Source of the DNA: Raillietiella orientalis | Lineage: Eukaryota | DNA length: 64,000 nucleotides | Assembly (NCBI GenBank): GCA_036172245.1 | Contig: JAYWIR010000004.1 | Coordinates: forward strand, 5,642,001-5,706,000 | Reading direction: 5' to 3' | Shown here: piece by piece, positions 11,001-22,399 of the stretch | How the letters are laid out: every line of letters begins with the position of its first letter | Position numbering within the stretch: position 1 is the first letter of the stretch | Notes under the pieces: model-generated | Databases searched by the model: none | Seen by the model: the letters and a program-made list of their open reading frames with translations, nothing else | Told to the model about the DNA's origin: nothing | Program-made: the position numbers and the translations under genes

Positions 11001-14000
11001 CTGGGTGAGAGCGCGATTAGGGGGCGAATCCGCGTCGCGTCCGCGGGGAACCTCCCCTCCACCTCCTGGGTGGTTTTCGTGCACCGTGCTCCGCGCAGCG
11101 CGGAGGCGGCTAGAGGGGTTTCGTTCGAAGGGCAGGGCAGGGAGGACCATCCGTCCGAAACCATGCCGGAGATGTTCTGCCTTCCGCCAGCCCCGTCTGC
11201 CGGAGGAGATCCATTCGTTTCCGCCGAGGGAGTGCCGGATGCACGAAATTCCCCGCACGGGCGATCGCCCCTCCCCCCGCTCCCGTCGGGACGGATCCTC
11301 TTCCGGATTCCTCTCCAGGTTTCCGCTCGATTTTTTCCTCGTCGCAGTCTCTCCTGGAGAGCCCTCCTCAGGCCTCCTCCCGCGAGGGAGGCTCCCGGCT
11401 TCAACAGGTCGGCTCCGGTCGGAGGGCGGGCGACGGAGGCGCCGCATTTCTCTTCTTCCGAGCGCGTCGATTCACACTGCTCAGGGAAGCTCGGGAGGAG
11501 TGGAACCGTTCTCAAGCTCCCGACTCCACGTCTCGCGCAGAGCGGGGACCGAGACGCGGATCCGGGAGCGTTCCTTGCTTTTCCCTTCCTCGGTTTTATT
11601 TCAGCCTTCCTCGCCTCTATCGCGGATACTGCGGGGGACGGGAGGCCTCTGGTAAGCACCGTCAGAGGATGCCTCCTCTCCGGGATTAGGAGGGAGTGTC
11701 CTGGGAAGGCGTTTTTCCCCGGTCCTGATTAGCCCGGGCTGACCATCAGAGGAACAGCCAGAGGTCCCATCAGCTGTAGAAGGCAGGGAACGACACCGGC
11801 TCGGATGCCGGTCAGTCAGGCGGTGGATGCTCGCCTTTTCCCTTCTTCCTTCCTTCTCCTCCTCCTCTCCTTCCTTTCTTTATCCTTCTCTTCCCTTCCT
11901 CCCTTCTTGTTCTCTCTGGTCTCTCGCCAACCCTGTTGCATGCTACCGGAAGCAACTGTGCTGCCGCCAAAACCCCCATTCTGAAACAAAGAGGAGACAC
12001 CTTGAAGGGACGCGGCCAATCGGAAAGAAGGGGAGGCGCGCAGCGGGTATGTCGCGTGGGTCCAGGAGCTCCGCCCGGAGGAGAAAGCGGAGGGGATTGC
12101 GCTGGAGACTGTGGCATCGGTTGTTGACACCGGAAGGACTGTGCAAGCATCATCCTGAGAGCCCCCCCCCCCTCCTTTCACCTGCGAAGGGCGCCGCTTG
12201 TTTCCGAGACGCTCGCGGGTGCCCGTCGATCGCCGCGAAGCTGAATTTCACGGGAGCTGGGAAGCTCCTCCCTCGCGCGGGCGCTCCGGGTCTCCCGGAT
12301 CGAGGGCGGCTTGATGGGGGCCAGGCGGGTTCCGGCGCGACCCCCAGGTCCTCCTCCTTTCAGACCCGAGAGGTCAGGAACAGCTGTCGGCAACCCAGGA
12401 GGAGCGGAAGGAGCGGAAGGAGAGCCCCTCGCCTTCCTCTCGAGGGGTCGATCTCAGGGCGCGTCCTAAGGAGCAGCGGTTCCCCTTTTTTCCTGCTCTT
12501 CCTCCTTGCCCCGCATTCCCGTAAAGGGGGAGAGGTAGGAAGGGAGAGAAAAGGAATGGCTGAGCCGGCCCCCGAAGCTGCCGTGAGGGCTGAGTCCGAG
12601 GGCGGATGGGGCGGTGGAGTCGCGAACGGGTTCGTGGTCGCCACCCTCCTCCTGGGAGGAGTGCTGCCGCCGCGCCGAAAGGGGAAGGAGGGAGGGAACG
12701 GAAGCCGCTACCGGTCGTTCGCCCAACGATGGATGAGAACCCGGAAGGAGGTTCCGCGTGGAGCGCCCCTGGAGCGGCTTCCGGATGCCGGCCGGTGGTG
12801 CCCCGGCATGGCTGCTCGGCTCGTTCCTCCCGGAATCACCCCTTCCTCCCCTTCTCCTCTGCGTTCAGGGTGTGCGGAGGCAGCCGCCGGGAGAAGTCAG
12901 GGAAACGCGTGCACGGCTCAGCTCGAGTTCCTCGGGGCTCCTTCCATTTTTTTTTTTTTTCCAATGCTTTCGTTCCCCCCGTCAGATTCCCAGGACGGCA
13001 GCCGTTTTCCTGCCGGTTTCGCTGTAGCCTGGTGTTCCTGGCGGCTGACGTCGGGTGTCGGGTTCCGCCTGCGGCCATAAATAACGGCCGAAGCGAAAGA
13101 GGCAAAAGGAAGAAGAAGAAGAGGAAAAAAAAAAAAAAAGAGGGGAGGAGAAGGAAAACGGGAGGAGAACGGAACCAGACCGAACCGGACGTGCGCATCC
13201 GCAGATCCGCCTTCCATCCGAAACCATGGAAACGGCTCTCAGCGTTGCATCACGAGCGACGCCAGATAAGATCTTAATAGGCCATTCTGAGGAGATAGGG
13301 GCGAAACCCCATTAACTTATAAAAGATCGGGACGCCGCTTTTGATTCATGCGGCTCGCGCCGCGGACGAAGTGCGCGCGCGCCGCTGCGGTTCCGTGTGC
13401 GCGTTCCCCTCCCTCCCTCTCCCCCCTTCCTCTCCGCCTTCCTCCGGCAGCGGCGAGCCGCCGCGCGCGCGAGGGAAGGGGGTAGGAGGGGAGAAGAACG
13501 GTTGCACCCTGTTCCTGCTCCCCTCCCGTCTGGCCTCCCAGGCGCACGACCCCACCTTCCCTCCGATGCGCCCCGCTCTCCCTCCCCTTCCGAGGAAGAG
13601 TCGGGAGATCTCGAGGTCGCTCGCTCCTCTCCCTTCCCTCCAGCGAGGCGCTGTAGGCAGGGACCCCCGACGGCGCTCTGGGACTGGAGGAATGGGTGGT
13701 TGTCCCGCCGCAGAGGCGCGCACGGCTCTCCCTCGACTCCGCACCTCCAGAGAGGCGCCCCCCCCTTCACCCCATCCTCCAGAGCCTCTCCACAGAGCGC
13801 ACTGCATCCCTTTCTCTTCCCGGTTGCTCTCACCCTCGGAAGGCAGCCGCCCTCGAGAAAGCAGGCAGGAAAAGAGGGAGAAGAAGGGGGTCACTTGTCC
13901 TTCCCGTTCCACTCCCCCTTTCCTGCACCACCCGCGCTCCTCCTCGCGCCGCAGGCTCCCGCGAAAGGGAGGGAGAGGGAGGAGGGGAAGGGGAGGGGTG

Positions 14001-14552
14001 GAGCTGCTGACCCCTCCCCTTTTTTCCAAGGTGCAAGAGGAAGACTCGGCAGGAGACCTCGCAGCCGCCGAGGGACTCGCGCGAACGGGACGGAGGAACA
14101 GGGAGGGGGAAGGAAGAGGAAAAGACCTTCCCTCTCTCCCTCTTCCTTCTTCTCCGCCTCTCTTTTCGTGGGGCAGTCGACGGCAGCGCCCGGGAAGGGG
14201 TGGTGCTTGGGGGTTGTCTCCTCCCTCCTCTTCCCGTCCGTCCCTTCCAGGCTGTTCGGCGCCACGGGTTACTGCGCCGTCTGCAGCAAGGTGATCCCGG
14301 CGTTCGAGATGGTGATGCGAGCCCGCAGCAACGTGTACCATCTGGAGTGCTTCGCGTGCCAGCAGTGCAGCCACAGGTATTTCCAGGAGCGGCGGCAGCT
14401 TCATTGACCCCTCTGACCCCAGGTTCTGCGTGGGCGACAAATTCTACTTGTGTGATAACCGGATCCTCTGTGAGTTTGACTATGAAGAGCGGGTGTTCGC
14501 CAGCGTCCACTACAACCAGTCCTTGAAAAGAACTGGGTCTCTCCTGCAACTG
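8017..14552 (+). CDS. Bx: LIM domain only protein (Beadex/dLMO, LMO1/LMO3-like); join(8017..8093,9106..9243,14251..14376,14423..14552), 3' exon unresolved
   Basis: Spliced translation: [157 protein letters not shown]. This gives two complete tandem LIM domains and no homeodomain. All introns are GT..AG with consistent phases (2,2,2,0). The DYEER-VFAS tail resembles arthropod Beadex. Confidence 0.95.
8244..8273. repeat. (CG)10 followed by TGTACACACA, alternating pyrimidine-purine tract
   Basis: Read directly. Confidence 0.95.
8839..8864. repeat. (CAG)n microsatellite in LMO intron 1
   Basis: About 8 CAG units read directly. Confidence 0.9.
9106..9243 (+). CDS. Bx: LMO coding exon 2 (rest of LIM1)
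   Basis: Pyrimidine-rich acceptor TTCCAG|G, translation [17 protein letters not shown]...CKRDYL, donor AG|GTAAAT. Confidence 0.97.
10560..12930 (+). mobile_element. Decayed LINE ORF2 (RT) fragment in LMO intron 2 (copy B)
   Basis: [10 protein letters not shown] (cf. PGxDGFPxEFY), GYREPLLG (cf. YRPISLL), [14 protein letters not shown] and SEGGWG (cf. GGLG), in the expected order. Confidence 0.6.
13070..13352 (+). promoter_or_regulatory. Candidate intronic enhancer or TATA core promoter
   Basis: CATAAA at 13076, GATA sites at 13264 and 13293, TATAAAAG at 13318-13325, and a TCA whose A (13348) lies 30 nt after the TATA start. Confidence 0.35.
14251..14376 (+). CDS. Bx: LMO coding exon 3 (first part of LIM2)
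   Basis: Acceptor CCCTTCCAG|G, translation [11 protein letters not shown]...[13 protein letters not shown], donor AG|GTATTT. Confidence 0.97.
14423..14552 (+). CDS. Bx: LMO coding exon 4 (end of LIM2 and tail)
   Basis: Acceptor CTGACCCCAG|G, translation [23 protein letters not shown]..., consensus donor CTG|GTGAGT at 14553. Confidence 0.93.
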
Positions 14553-14949
14553 GTGAGTTTTACCCGCCTTCCGGAAAGGACGGCGCGCCTCGTTCCTCGC
14601 TCCTGGTCCATCGCCGTGCACAGCTTTCTTTTCCCTTGCCTTCCCCTCCCTCCTCTCTTTGAAGAACCTGGCATCACTGAATTCTTCCCCCCATCCCGCT
14701 TTCTCCCCGGTTTGATGATCCTTCTCCATCTCGCCCTTCTTCCGCCGGAAGATGATCTCTCCCTTTCCCCATCTCCTCCCCACCTCCATCTCCTCCTCCC
14801 CACCACAGAGAAATAAGTCTCCCATCTACTCGTGTCGGTTGCTGCTATCGCGTTCCTCTACTCTCAAACCTGTTGGTCCTCCCCTCCTTCTCCCTGGCTG
14901 GGGTGGTCCCTGCCCTTCCTCCTTGTCATTGCGCCTTGACACAGGACAT

Positions 14950-16700
14950 CACGAGTGAGAGTGCTGCTCTCTTCTTGCCGGTGCGCTGCCGCACTTCTTG
15001 GGCGTCGTCTCCTTTCTGGACGGCCCTCTGGTTAGTGCACGACTTCGGACCATCTCGCCTGGAGACAGGGAGACAATCCGCTTCCCCCTGCTCGTTCTCG
15101 CGCGCGCGGGGGAGAAGCATTTGAGAAAGAACGGCGGCGACGGTTTCCGGACACTCTTAGTGCTGATGGCCTCGGCCGGAAGGACCCCGGAATTCCCACC
15201 TGAGCTCGGACAAAGGCAGGTCGGAAGAGAAGGATCATGTGCATTCAGAGATGCTAAGCATCCGCCGTGTCGAAGACCCGGGCAGTGTAGGGAAAGCAGG
15301 GAAGAGGCAAGATCTGAAATCGGCCGCGCTACGTGTGTAGGTCCTTGCGCAGCTCCCCGATCAGGAAGCAGTGGGGAATGCCCCCTCTTTCGGACACCTC
15401 TTCATCGCGTCTCTTGCCTGGTTCGTCAAGATTTTCTACACATGCGACAATGTGGAAAATGCAAACAGATCAAATGGGGGGATTTCACCATCTTCTTCGC
15501 CTGTCTCTCTTTCCTCTCCAACCCTTCCTGTGATCTTGAGGAGCCACGAGAGGTGACCCACCCGATGTTCCCGATGCAAATCTAGGAAAAACTGCCCTTT
15601 CGATCGCGACCCCAAGGACTTGCTTGGAAAGTTCCAGCCCCCTCGACGCATTTCCCGGTCCCCAAGGACCTCCGAGACTCCAGACCAACAACCGCTTTTA
15701 TTCTAGCAGTCGCTCCTTTGGAGGCGAGGCGAAGAACCGATCCTCAATGTCTGTCCTCTCCCCCTCCCCACTTCTCGTCTCTCCTCTTCCAAAGCTGCCG
15801 CCGGCTTGCAGGAACAGGGGACGTCCGGTGTGACCACCTCGCCAGGCTTGGCTTTCGCTCCGAATCTGTTTGTCGAATAGCCCGGATGGCGGCTGCCGAT
15901 GCCCAGCGTCTTAGGGAAACCCTCCCGATTTGGGTCACCAACTCTTCGTATCAGACTATCTGCGGTCAGACTCCGGGGAGGACGCGATCTGGCGGGTCCT
16001 CCCACCCTGCCCGCCTGTGCGGGCTATTGGGGCCGTCTTCGATGGCCGCCCTGGAAGAAGGTCGAGGCGCGCGCACGGACGAACTTGTTGAATGAAAAGT
16101 GCCCGGAGGCCTGGTGCTGTCCGATGCAGGGCACGGCCATCTCTCGGACCGGTACCTCCGTGCTGCCTCGCTGTTGCATCGTGCGCAGAGTCGGGGGGCG
16201 CCTGCCGATTCCTTCGACCGTCGCGCCACGTGCTCAGGCAGCTTCTTGCAAGGCTTCCCGGTCAGGGAGCGGCAGGGAATTCCCCTCCCCCCACGTCGCC
16301 TGCTCAGAACGCCTCTGCCGCAACGACGGCGCGCATCCTCACCGCCGCCATCGTCTCCGTGGGTGGAAGGCGGCGGTCGAGTGCAAGTCGCGGTGGTTTT
16401 CAGCTCAGTGAATTCCAGCGGCGGTAGGCGCTTGGGCTGCTCTCCCTGACAACGGCGTGCATCTCAATCCGGGTGACGCCGGGAGCGTAGGGCGACTCCG
16501 TCCTCGTGCTGCTGCGACCCGAAAGTTGCATCCACTCATTCCGCGGCATGGCTGCTCTTTCGAGAACCTTCTCGGAGCGCGCGCCCGTTCCGAAATGCTC
16601 CCAGAGTCCTCCGCAAATGGAGTCGATGGGATCCCGAAAACGGAATGGTCGCAAGAGCAGCTCGAAATCACCATAGAAACGTGCTCGCTTCGCGATTTCG
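14950..16700 (+). mobile_element. Decayed LINE ORF2 fragment (copy C)
   Basis: SDH (about 15045), FPGPQG...RFY, AQRLRETLPIWV...PGR, VRERQGIPLPP (cf. GVRQGxPLSP) and AALPDN (16436-16453). Confidence 0.7.
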
Positions 16701-16749
16701 CATTTTCCTTCCCGATGCATGTGCACTCCGTGGTCCATTTCACTCTTGC

Positions 16750-18260
16750 ATCTGCGTAACGAAGAAGTTATTTCATATCAGAGTTGCAGGATAATAAATT
16801 GTAGCAGAATAGATTCTCTAAATCCAAATTGACGTGATTTGAATAAATAGCTCCATGCCGAGATGAAATTTCATTAAGAACTCAGTGTATTTTCGACTCC
16901 CTGAAATGCTAGAGGAGGCAGGGGCAGCAATCAACTAAATGTAAAGTGGGAAAATCTCTGGGTGATAAAATTCGCTTTTGCACACGGGCTTTTACACTAA
17001 TCAATCGGGCACTTTTCCCGAATGCCAAATATGACTGTGTAATCACCAGCCAAAAATGGATAGGTGCATTATCGTGAATTAAGAGCGAATTTTCGTTCTC
17101 TCGAAAGGATTCGTTCTATTTATTCATTCTATTTTTATTTTTCATGTTTCATTTTATTTTTTTATTTCTACTTTTTTTTCATTTATTTATTTTTTTTATT
17201 TTTTTTAGCGATGACTTTCCTCCCCGAATGCCGGCTTTTTAGCTTTGCCTTTCCTCCTTCTACCAATCGATAAGAGGCTCCAAACAGAAGCCAAATAAAA
17301 GCTGAAGATCTTTTTCGTGTCGCCATCGCTGACACAGAAACCGCAACTTTCGCTTCATCTGCTCTGCACATTCGACCTTCACAGCAGTGGAATGGCGGAG
17401 GATTTTCAAGTTCGGTTCCCGCACTGCATTTCACCAAAAGATTCGACTGCCTGTCTGTCTGCCTTGGTCTTGCTTTCAGGTCTCTCGGAGAAAGCAGAGG
17501 TTTTTGTTGGTTTTTCTATTGCTTTGTCCAATTAGTTTTGGTATTTATAGGGTGGGTTTCGCGTCAAGCTGTGGGCCAGGACGACGGTTGAAACTTGACT
17601 GGCTTGCCCTTCGGATGCTTCCGCGAACACACGCTCAAACGAAGATGCCGAATGGTGGACTCGTGTCCCTCTCGAGTCATCATTTACTTCATCCCGTCCG
17701 CAGTTTCCGTTTGCGTTATCTTCGGAAGGAAAGTCTCATAAGCTGTGCCTTTTCAAACGTCAGCATCTCCCCGATCTGTGCTTTCGAAAGACTATATCGT
17801 CCGGACGTCGCAGTTTTGCTGCCCACATCGAGAGGTTCCTCAAGCTGCTCTCCGCACCACATTTTCATTTTTCACCTTCCCCCTCCCCTCCTGAACTTCT
17901 CTGACTCTAAGAAGGAGCAACGAGGCGGTGGCTACTCGTGCCATGGTCTCTCCCAATCGTGTTGCATGTTCCGGAAAATTCATATCCGAGCAAGAAAGAA
18001 AGGGAAAAAGACAAAGCCAAAAGACCGTAAGAGGCGAGCATTTGGGGAGGAAAGCCATCGCTGAAATAAAATGAATAAATAAAACGAATCATTCCTTCTT
18101 TGTGGGAGCGAAAATTCGCCCATTAATTCACGATAATTCAGCTATCCATTTTCGGCTGGTGATTACACGATTACATCTAACATTCGGGAAGGGATGCAAA
18201 TTATTCGCAAATCTGAATTTTCTTCCATCGAATGGTCAATTCCATCGATGATGTCTGAAT
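16750..18260 (+). other. AT-rich unique region, candidate LMO terminal exon / 3' UTR
   Basis: AATAAA near 16793, 16842, 17294 and 18065-18080; ATTTA cluster at 17117-17200; candidate acceptors ending at 17208, 17479 and 17549. Confidence 0.35.
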
Positions 18261-18299
18261 GTGGATTGGCGGTTCCTCTGTTTGGAAGTTCCCACCCTT

Positions 18300-19950
18300 T
18301 CTTTAGAGGCGACGAGCCGAACACTTCTGGGTGGATCTGATGCTCCTTGGCGTCATGGAAATTTAGGGATGTCCCGGAAATCGTGACCGAAAGACAGGAA
18401 CGCGTCTCCCCGGGACCTCAGCAGGCGACGGGTGTGTCGGTGAAAGAACCAGCGCTGGGTTTCGGTAGAAACCAGATCCCATCTGGACGGCGGTGAGCTG
18501 TCGGATGAAGGGAACTTTCCAGAGGTTTTGTTCGAGAGGAAAAGTCGTTGCTAGGCAGCTGGAGTGCGATCTCCGGTTCCGATGGTTCTGATGGTTGTTG
18601 GTCAACTCTTCAGATACTTCAGAGTTGTGGCACTGTGCCCGCACGACGACGCGAAAGACGAGTTCTCGATACCCTCTCTGTGGACTGAACATTCCGGCCC
18701 AGCACCCGGACTGAATATTCTCTTTGCAACGAATGCGCCGTACGCCACCCAGTACACAATCGTGCTCGAAAGGGACACATGCAAAGTGCTGGACGCATCT
18801 CGCAGCATCACCTCCTCAGCTCCTCAGCAAGTGGCAGTGATCGCGGTTTCCAAAGGGTATTCCACGTTTCCTTCTGCACGCCTCATCTCCCTCCGTGCCT
18901 CACTTCGTCTCACTTTCCGCTCTTTGTTCCTCAGTGCTGCGAACGGACGCACAAGTGTTTTCTGTTTTTTTTCGCCATCGGAGCAAACTCATCTCATCTG
19001 CATTTTACCAGACAGGCATCATTCGGAGGAGCTCTCTGAACGAGATCGGTCTTAACAGCTAGGGCCGTCGAGCGGCAGGCAGGTAGTAACTGAGTAATGG
19101 GCCTTTCCCAATACTCAGCTGTTAACCGGGAGCAAAGTCTGCGTAGCAGCAGGATCGCAGCATCTTTTTATTACACTGTTGCAGTAGAGTTCCAGAGGGG
19201 CGAAGCTCTGAAATGGGAGGAACATGAGTGGTTGATATGTGGACGATTTCAATCCGTGGTCGAGGGACGAAAGCATCGGATCACTCTAAGCAAATCAGAA
19301 AACTACTATTCCCAAGCATAAAAATCAATACTTCTGTTGTAGCAGCCGACACGAAGATAAACTGCATGGGCTGCTGACACTGCTTTCAGAAAGGAAAAAG
19401 AGAGAGAGAGAGAGATGGAATGAGACAAAAAAATCACGCCTCTTTCGTATCAAGGTCCATCTTTTTAACAAGTGTCTGACTGAACTGCAGCCTACGAGGT
19501 GGCGTGTTAGGAGGTGGCGCCACTCTAATGAGCATTGTGTCGTTCCAGCCATCCCACTCGACCTGCGAGTCGGAAGTCTTATCCGGTAAATCATCCCATA
19601 ATCTGATGCAACACAGTACCATCGACGGTGTCATATCGGATCCCTCTTTGATGGCTAGCATGTAGTATTTTTCCAAAGTGACTTTCCACATCACCATGCG
19701 GAACTGACTCCACGCCTTCAACGAAGTCGCGAACGCCTCGAACGTAGCGAAGGAAAGATGGCGTTTGATCGAGATCCCACTTCTTGGAGACCTGGAATGG
19801 CATCTCGCACTAGAGAGAGAGCGCCCTTTCTTCTGAATGTGCTACCATCTACTGAGCTTGTTGTGAGTGGCCTCTTCCGATTTTCCGTGATCACATCGCC
19901 ATACTGTTTTTGCTTGAAGAAAGTCTTCGGGAGTTTCAGTTCCTCATAGA
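18300..19950 (-). mobile_element. Decayed LINE ORF2 fragment (copy D)
   Basis: GVRDFVEGV (cf. GGDFN), DGEKKQK, FSPGAGP and QMGSGFYRN in order on the - strand. Confidence 0.55.
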
Positions 19951-20129
19951 ATTAGAAAAATTAAAAAGTATGATTTATTTGAAGATCTCTTCATAATAAA
20001 TGATTCGATAAAATAAAATTTTCTACAATGTCTGTGGAATTAGACCTCAGTCCTTTTTTTTTTTTTTGAAAAAAAAAAAAGAAGAAAATACAAACCAATA
20101 TAAACACTATGTATAAACAGCATTTTTTT

Positions 20130-22215
20130 TGCTTCCATGACATCATCTGATGTCTTCAAACAAGAATCTGCAACCTCAACCAGAAGACTGGGATTTCAAC
20201 CTGAAAATCATGGATTAAAGCATGCTTCCTATCGTGCTCTTGACCAGCGAATTTGCAGGAATCACAGTGAAGAGAAATGAAAGAATGAACTCGGTTCTAT
20301 AACATTCGAAACGCTCAGCATCAACACCTAGTCGGGTGGAACTTCCAGACTACAACAGACATTTTCATTAGGACCAGTTCATGCTTCATGTCTTGAAGAG
20401 TCAACCATCTTGATCTTTCAGGGATGAGTCCTCAAACAACTGCAACTCACTGTTTACTAGTTACCATTGCCATCACAAAAAACAATCATCGCAACTATCT
20501 GCAGGCCTTACAAGCAGAAGCCAGACTTCTTTTAAAGCATATCTTGAGTCTTTGTCTGAGGAGTTTCTGGTGCACCGTTTGATAACCGAAGAAGCCTGAA
20601 AAGTTCTTAGGGTGTTTTTATTAAAGGCAATTTTCGTGTCCATTTTCTGTAGAAGCAGCGATTATTCTTCTCATGAGAACAAGATAGGTTTGGAGCTTTG
20701 ATTTCCTTCTTTGTGCCCCTCCCAGTGTCATCAATTCTAACCATTTTTTTTTAAGGTGAATGAGCCGCGACATCATTCCTACACGATAAACATGATCTCC
20801 CAACAGTGCCCACTTTGTCACCCTTTTTACAGAGCTTGGAATACACGAGAAGATTCCAAATCTCAATATAGGATGTTGCTCAAGCAGCTCCCTCCCTATC
20901 TTCATCTGAACCATTGCAAGAGCCAAAGCTGAAAGACCAAACAACCTAATTTGCTTTTCCGGATGCAAAAGAAGGAAAAAATTTTGCTTTTCCCCAAAAG
21001 AAGGAAGAAAACATTAACAAACAGAAAAAAATTGCTGTTGCATGACCCTTCCCATTACTGACTCGAGAATCCAGCTGATGAAGACTATAATGAAAGTTGG
21101 GGGTGGCATTCGTGATTCGTTTTAGTGGCGCACGCTCGTTCACAAGGAGCAACGAAATAAAGCCATAAAGAATTGATGATGAGTCAATAAAATGACAGCA
21201 AAAGAATTAATGAAGTTTATCTTCAGTAGGAGCACGATGAACTTGCATACTCACCCTGAGAATTGCTCTTGGACCAGTGGCAGCTACGTGAGCGCACACC
21301 GAAGAGCACATCGGCTCCACAAAGAGCTGATGGTGTGAAGGGAATTCCAGCCCACATCACAGCTGAAGAGAGGACCAAGGAAAAATGTCTTGCTCTTCGT
21401 CTGAAGCCGCATCTGACTAAAAGTCATGGATGCAGAAGAAAATCCCTGGAATGGTTTTGTTTTCCGCGAATCGTCGGTGGTTTTAAGAGGTTGATGATTC
21501 AATGGATATTTTCAACTAATGGGGTTTTAGTCGACCAGACAACTTGCCATCTCAGCGATCCGGTGTCCATCGTCAAGGTTTAGTCTCCTAGACATACGTC
21601 CTTGAAATTCCCTAGGAAAACCTGAAGATCATCATGTCTTTCATGAGCATCTCCACACCTCTCCTGGAATAGGGTTCGTGAATACTGCTGCTGCGTTGCT
21701 TGGACCCAAGGGACTGCGGTTCCCACCTGTGCCAGGTGCGGCGAAGTGGAGAATCCTTCCTGCACATACTAGTTCGCTGTCTTGACCACATGTGTGGGAG
21801 TATCTCACAATGGACCTAGTGTTCCCCCAAGTCATGTTAAAGGGCTTCTTTGTGTGCAGAGTCATACCATCTGCCACGGCAATCTCAACTGTGCTACTTC
21901 ATTGACACAGTGGTGGAAAGAAGCGCAGCCGAAAGAGCAAAGCACAAAGGAAACGCCATAGTGACTTTTTTTTCTTGAGGAGAACAACGCGACGTCCTCG
22001 ACTTGAGGATTTAAAGGAGGATTTGCCAGCATCTTGTACAGGATGCAGAGGGACCGGATCAGGAGAATACCAGCGACCTTCCCTCCCATGCCCAGACATC
22101 TTTTTTCATTTTTAATTATGGTATCCTTCTCGTCCTTGCCTGAGGCACTGGACAGTTTTTCACCAGGTTAACGCCAAGGCACTTATTCAAAAACAACAAC
22201 CACAACAAAAAAAGT
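20130..22215 (+). mobile_element. 5'-truncated decayed LINE, RT to 3' end (copy E)
   Basis: LPIVLLTSEF, DF/KAY..LSEEFLVHRL (about 20525-20580), QCPL/SPF, FAFPDA (20950-20967), KLGV, CCHC finger PTCARCGEVE/ESFLHILVRC..VWEY (21722-21805), LEDLKE and an A-rich tail at about 22190-22213. Confidence 0.75.
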
Positions 22216-22399
22216 TAGGAAGCATCTCCACAAACAAAGAAAAAGTTCAAGGGGAGGTTCCTCCGACACACTTGTTACTGGGGCAATCCCAAGCGGGAGA
22301 AAAGGGGACAACAAAAAAAAAAAATGAAATGAAGGGAACAGGAGTCCTTGGTACTAGCCTCTCCTTTCTGATCCGTGCCGGCAGCCTCTAAGCTCAACT

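Noticed and set aside
11827..13080. 417-aa ORF (likewise 13346..14440, 46294..47529, 60236..61456) as a host gene
   Set aside because: Low-complexity Arg/Pro/Gly/Ser translations typical of stop-poor GC-rich DNA. Parts are LINE relics or antisense to LMO exons, and no domain is recognisable.
14945..15124. Acceptor ACAG|GAC as the LMO last exon (DITSESAAL...)
   Set aside because: It runs into LINE copy C (SDH motif) and has no similarity I can recognise. It cannot be excluded without cDNA.
20621..20968. Minus-strand ORF resembling a hAT transposase dimerisation domain (HPIL...IPSSVKR)
   Set aside because: The opposite strand carries ordered RT motifs of copy E, and no TIRs or other transposase motifs are present.
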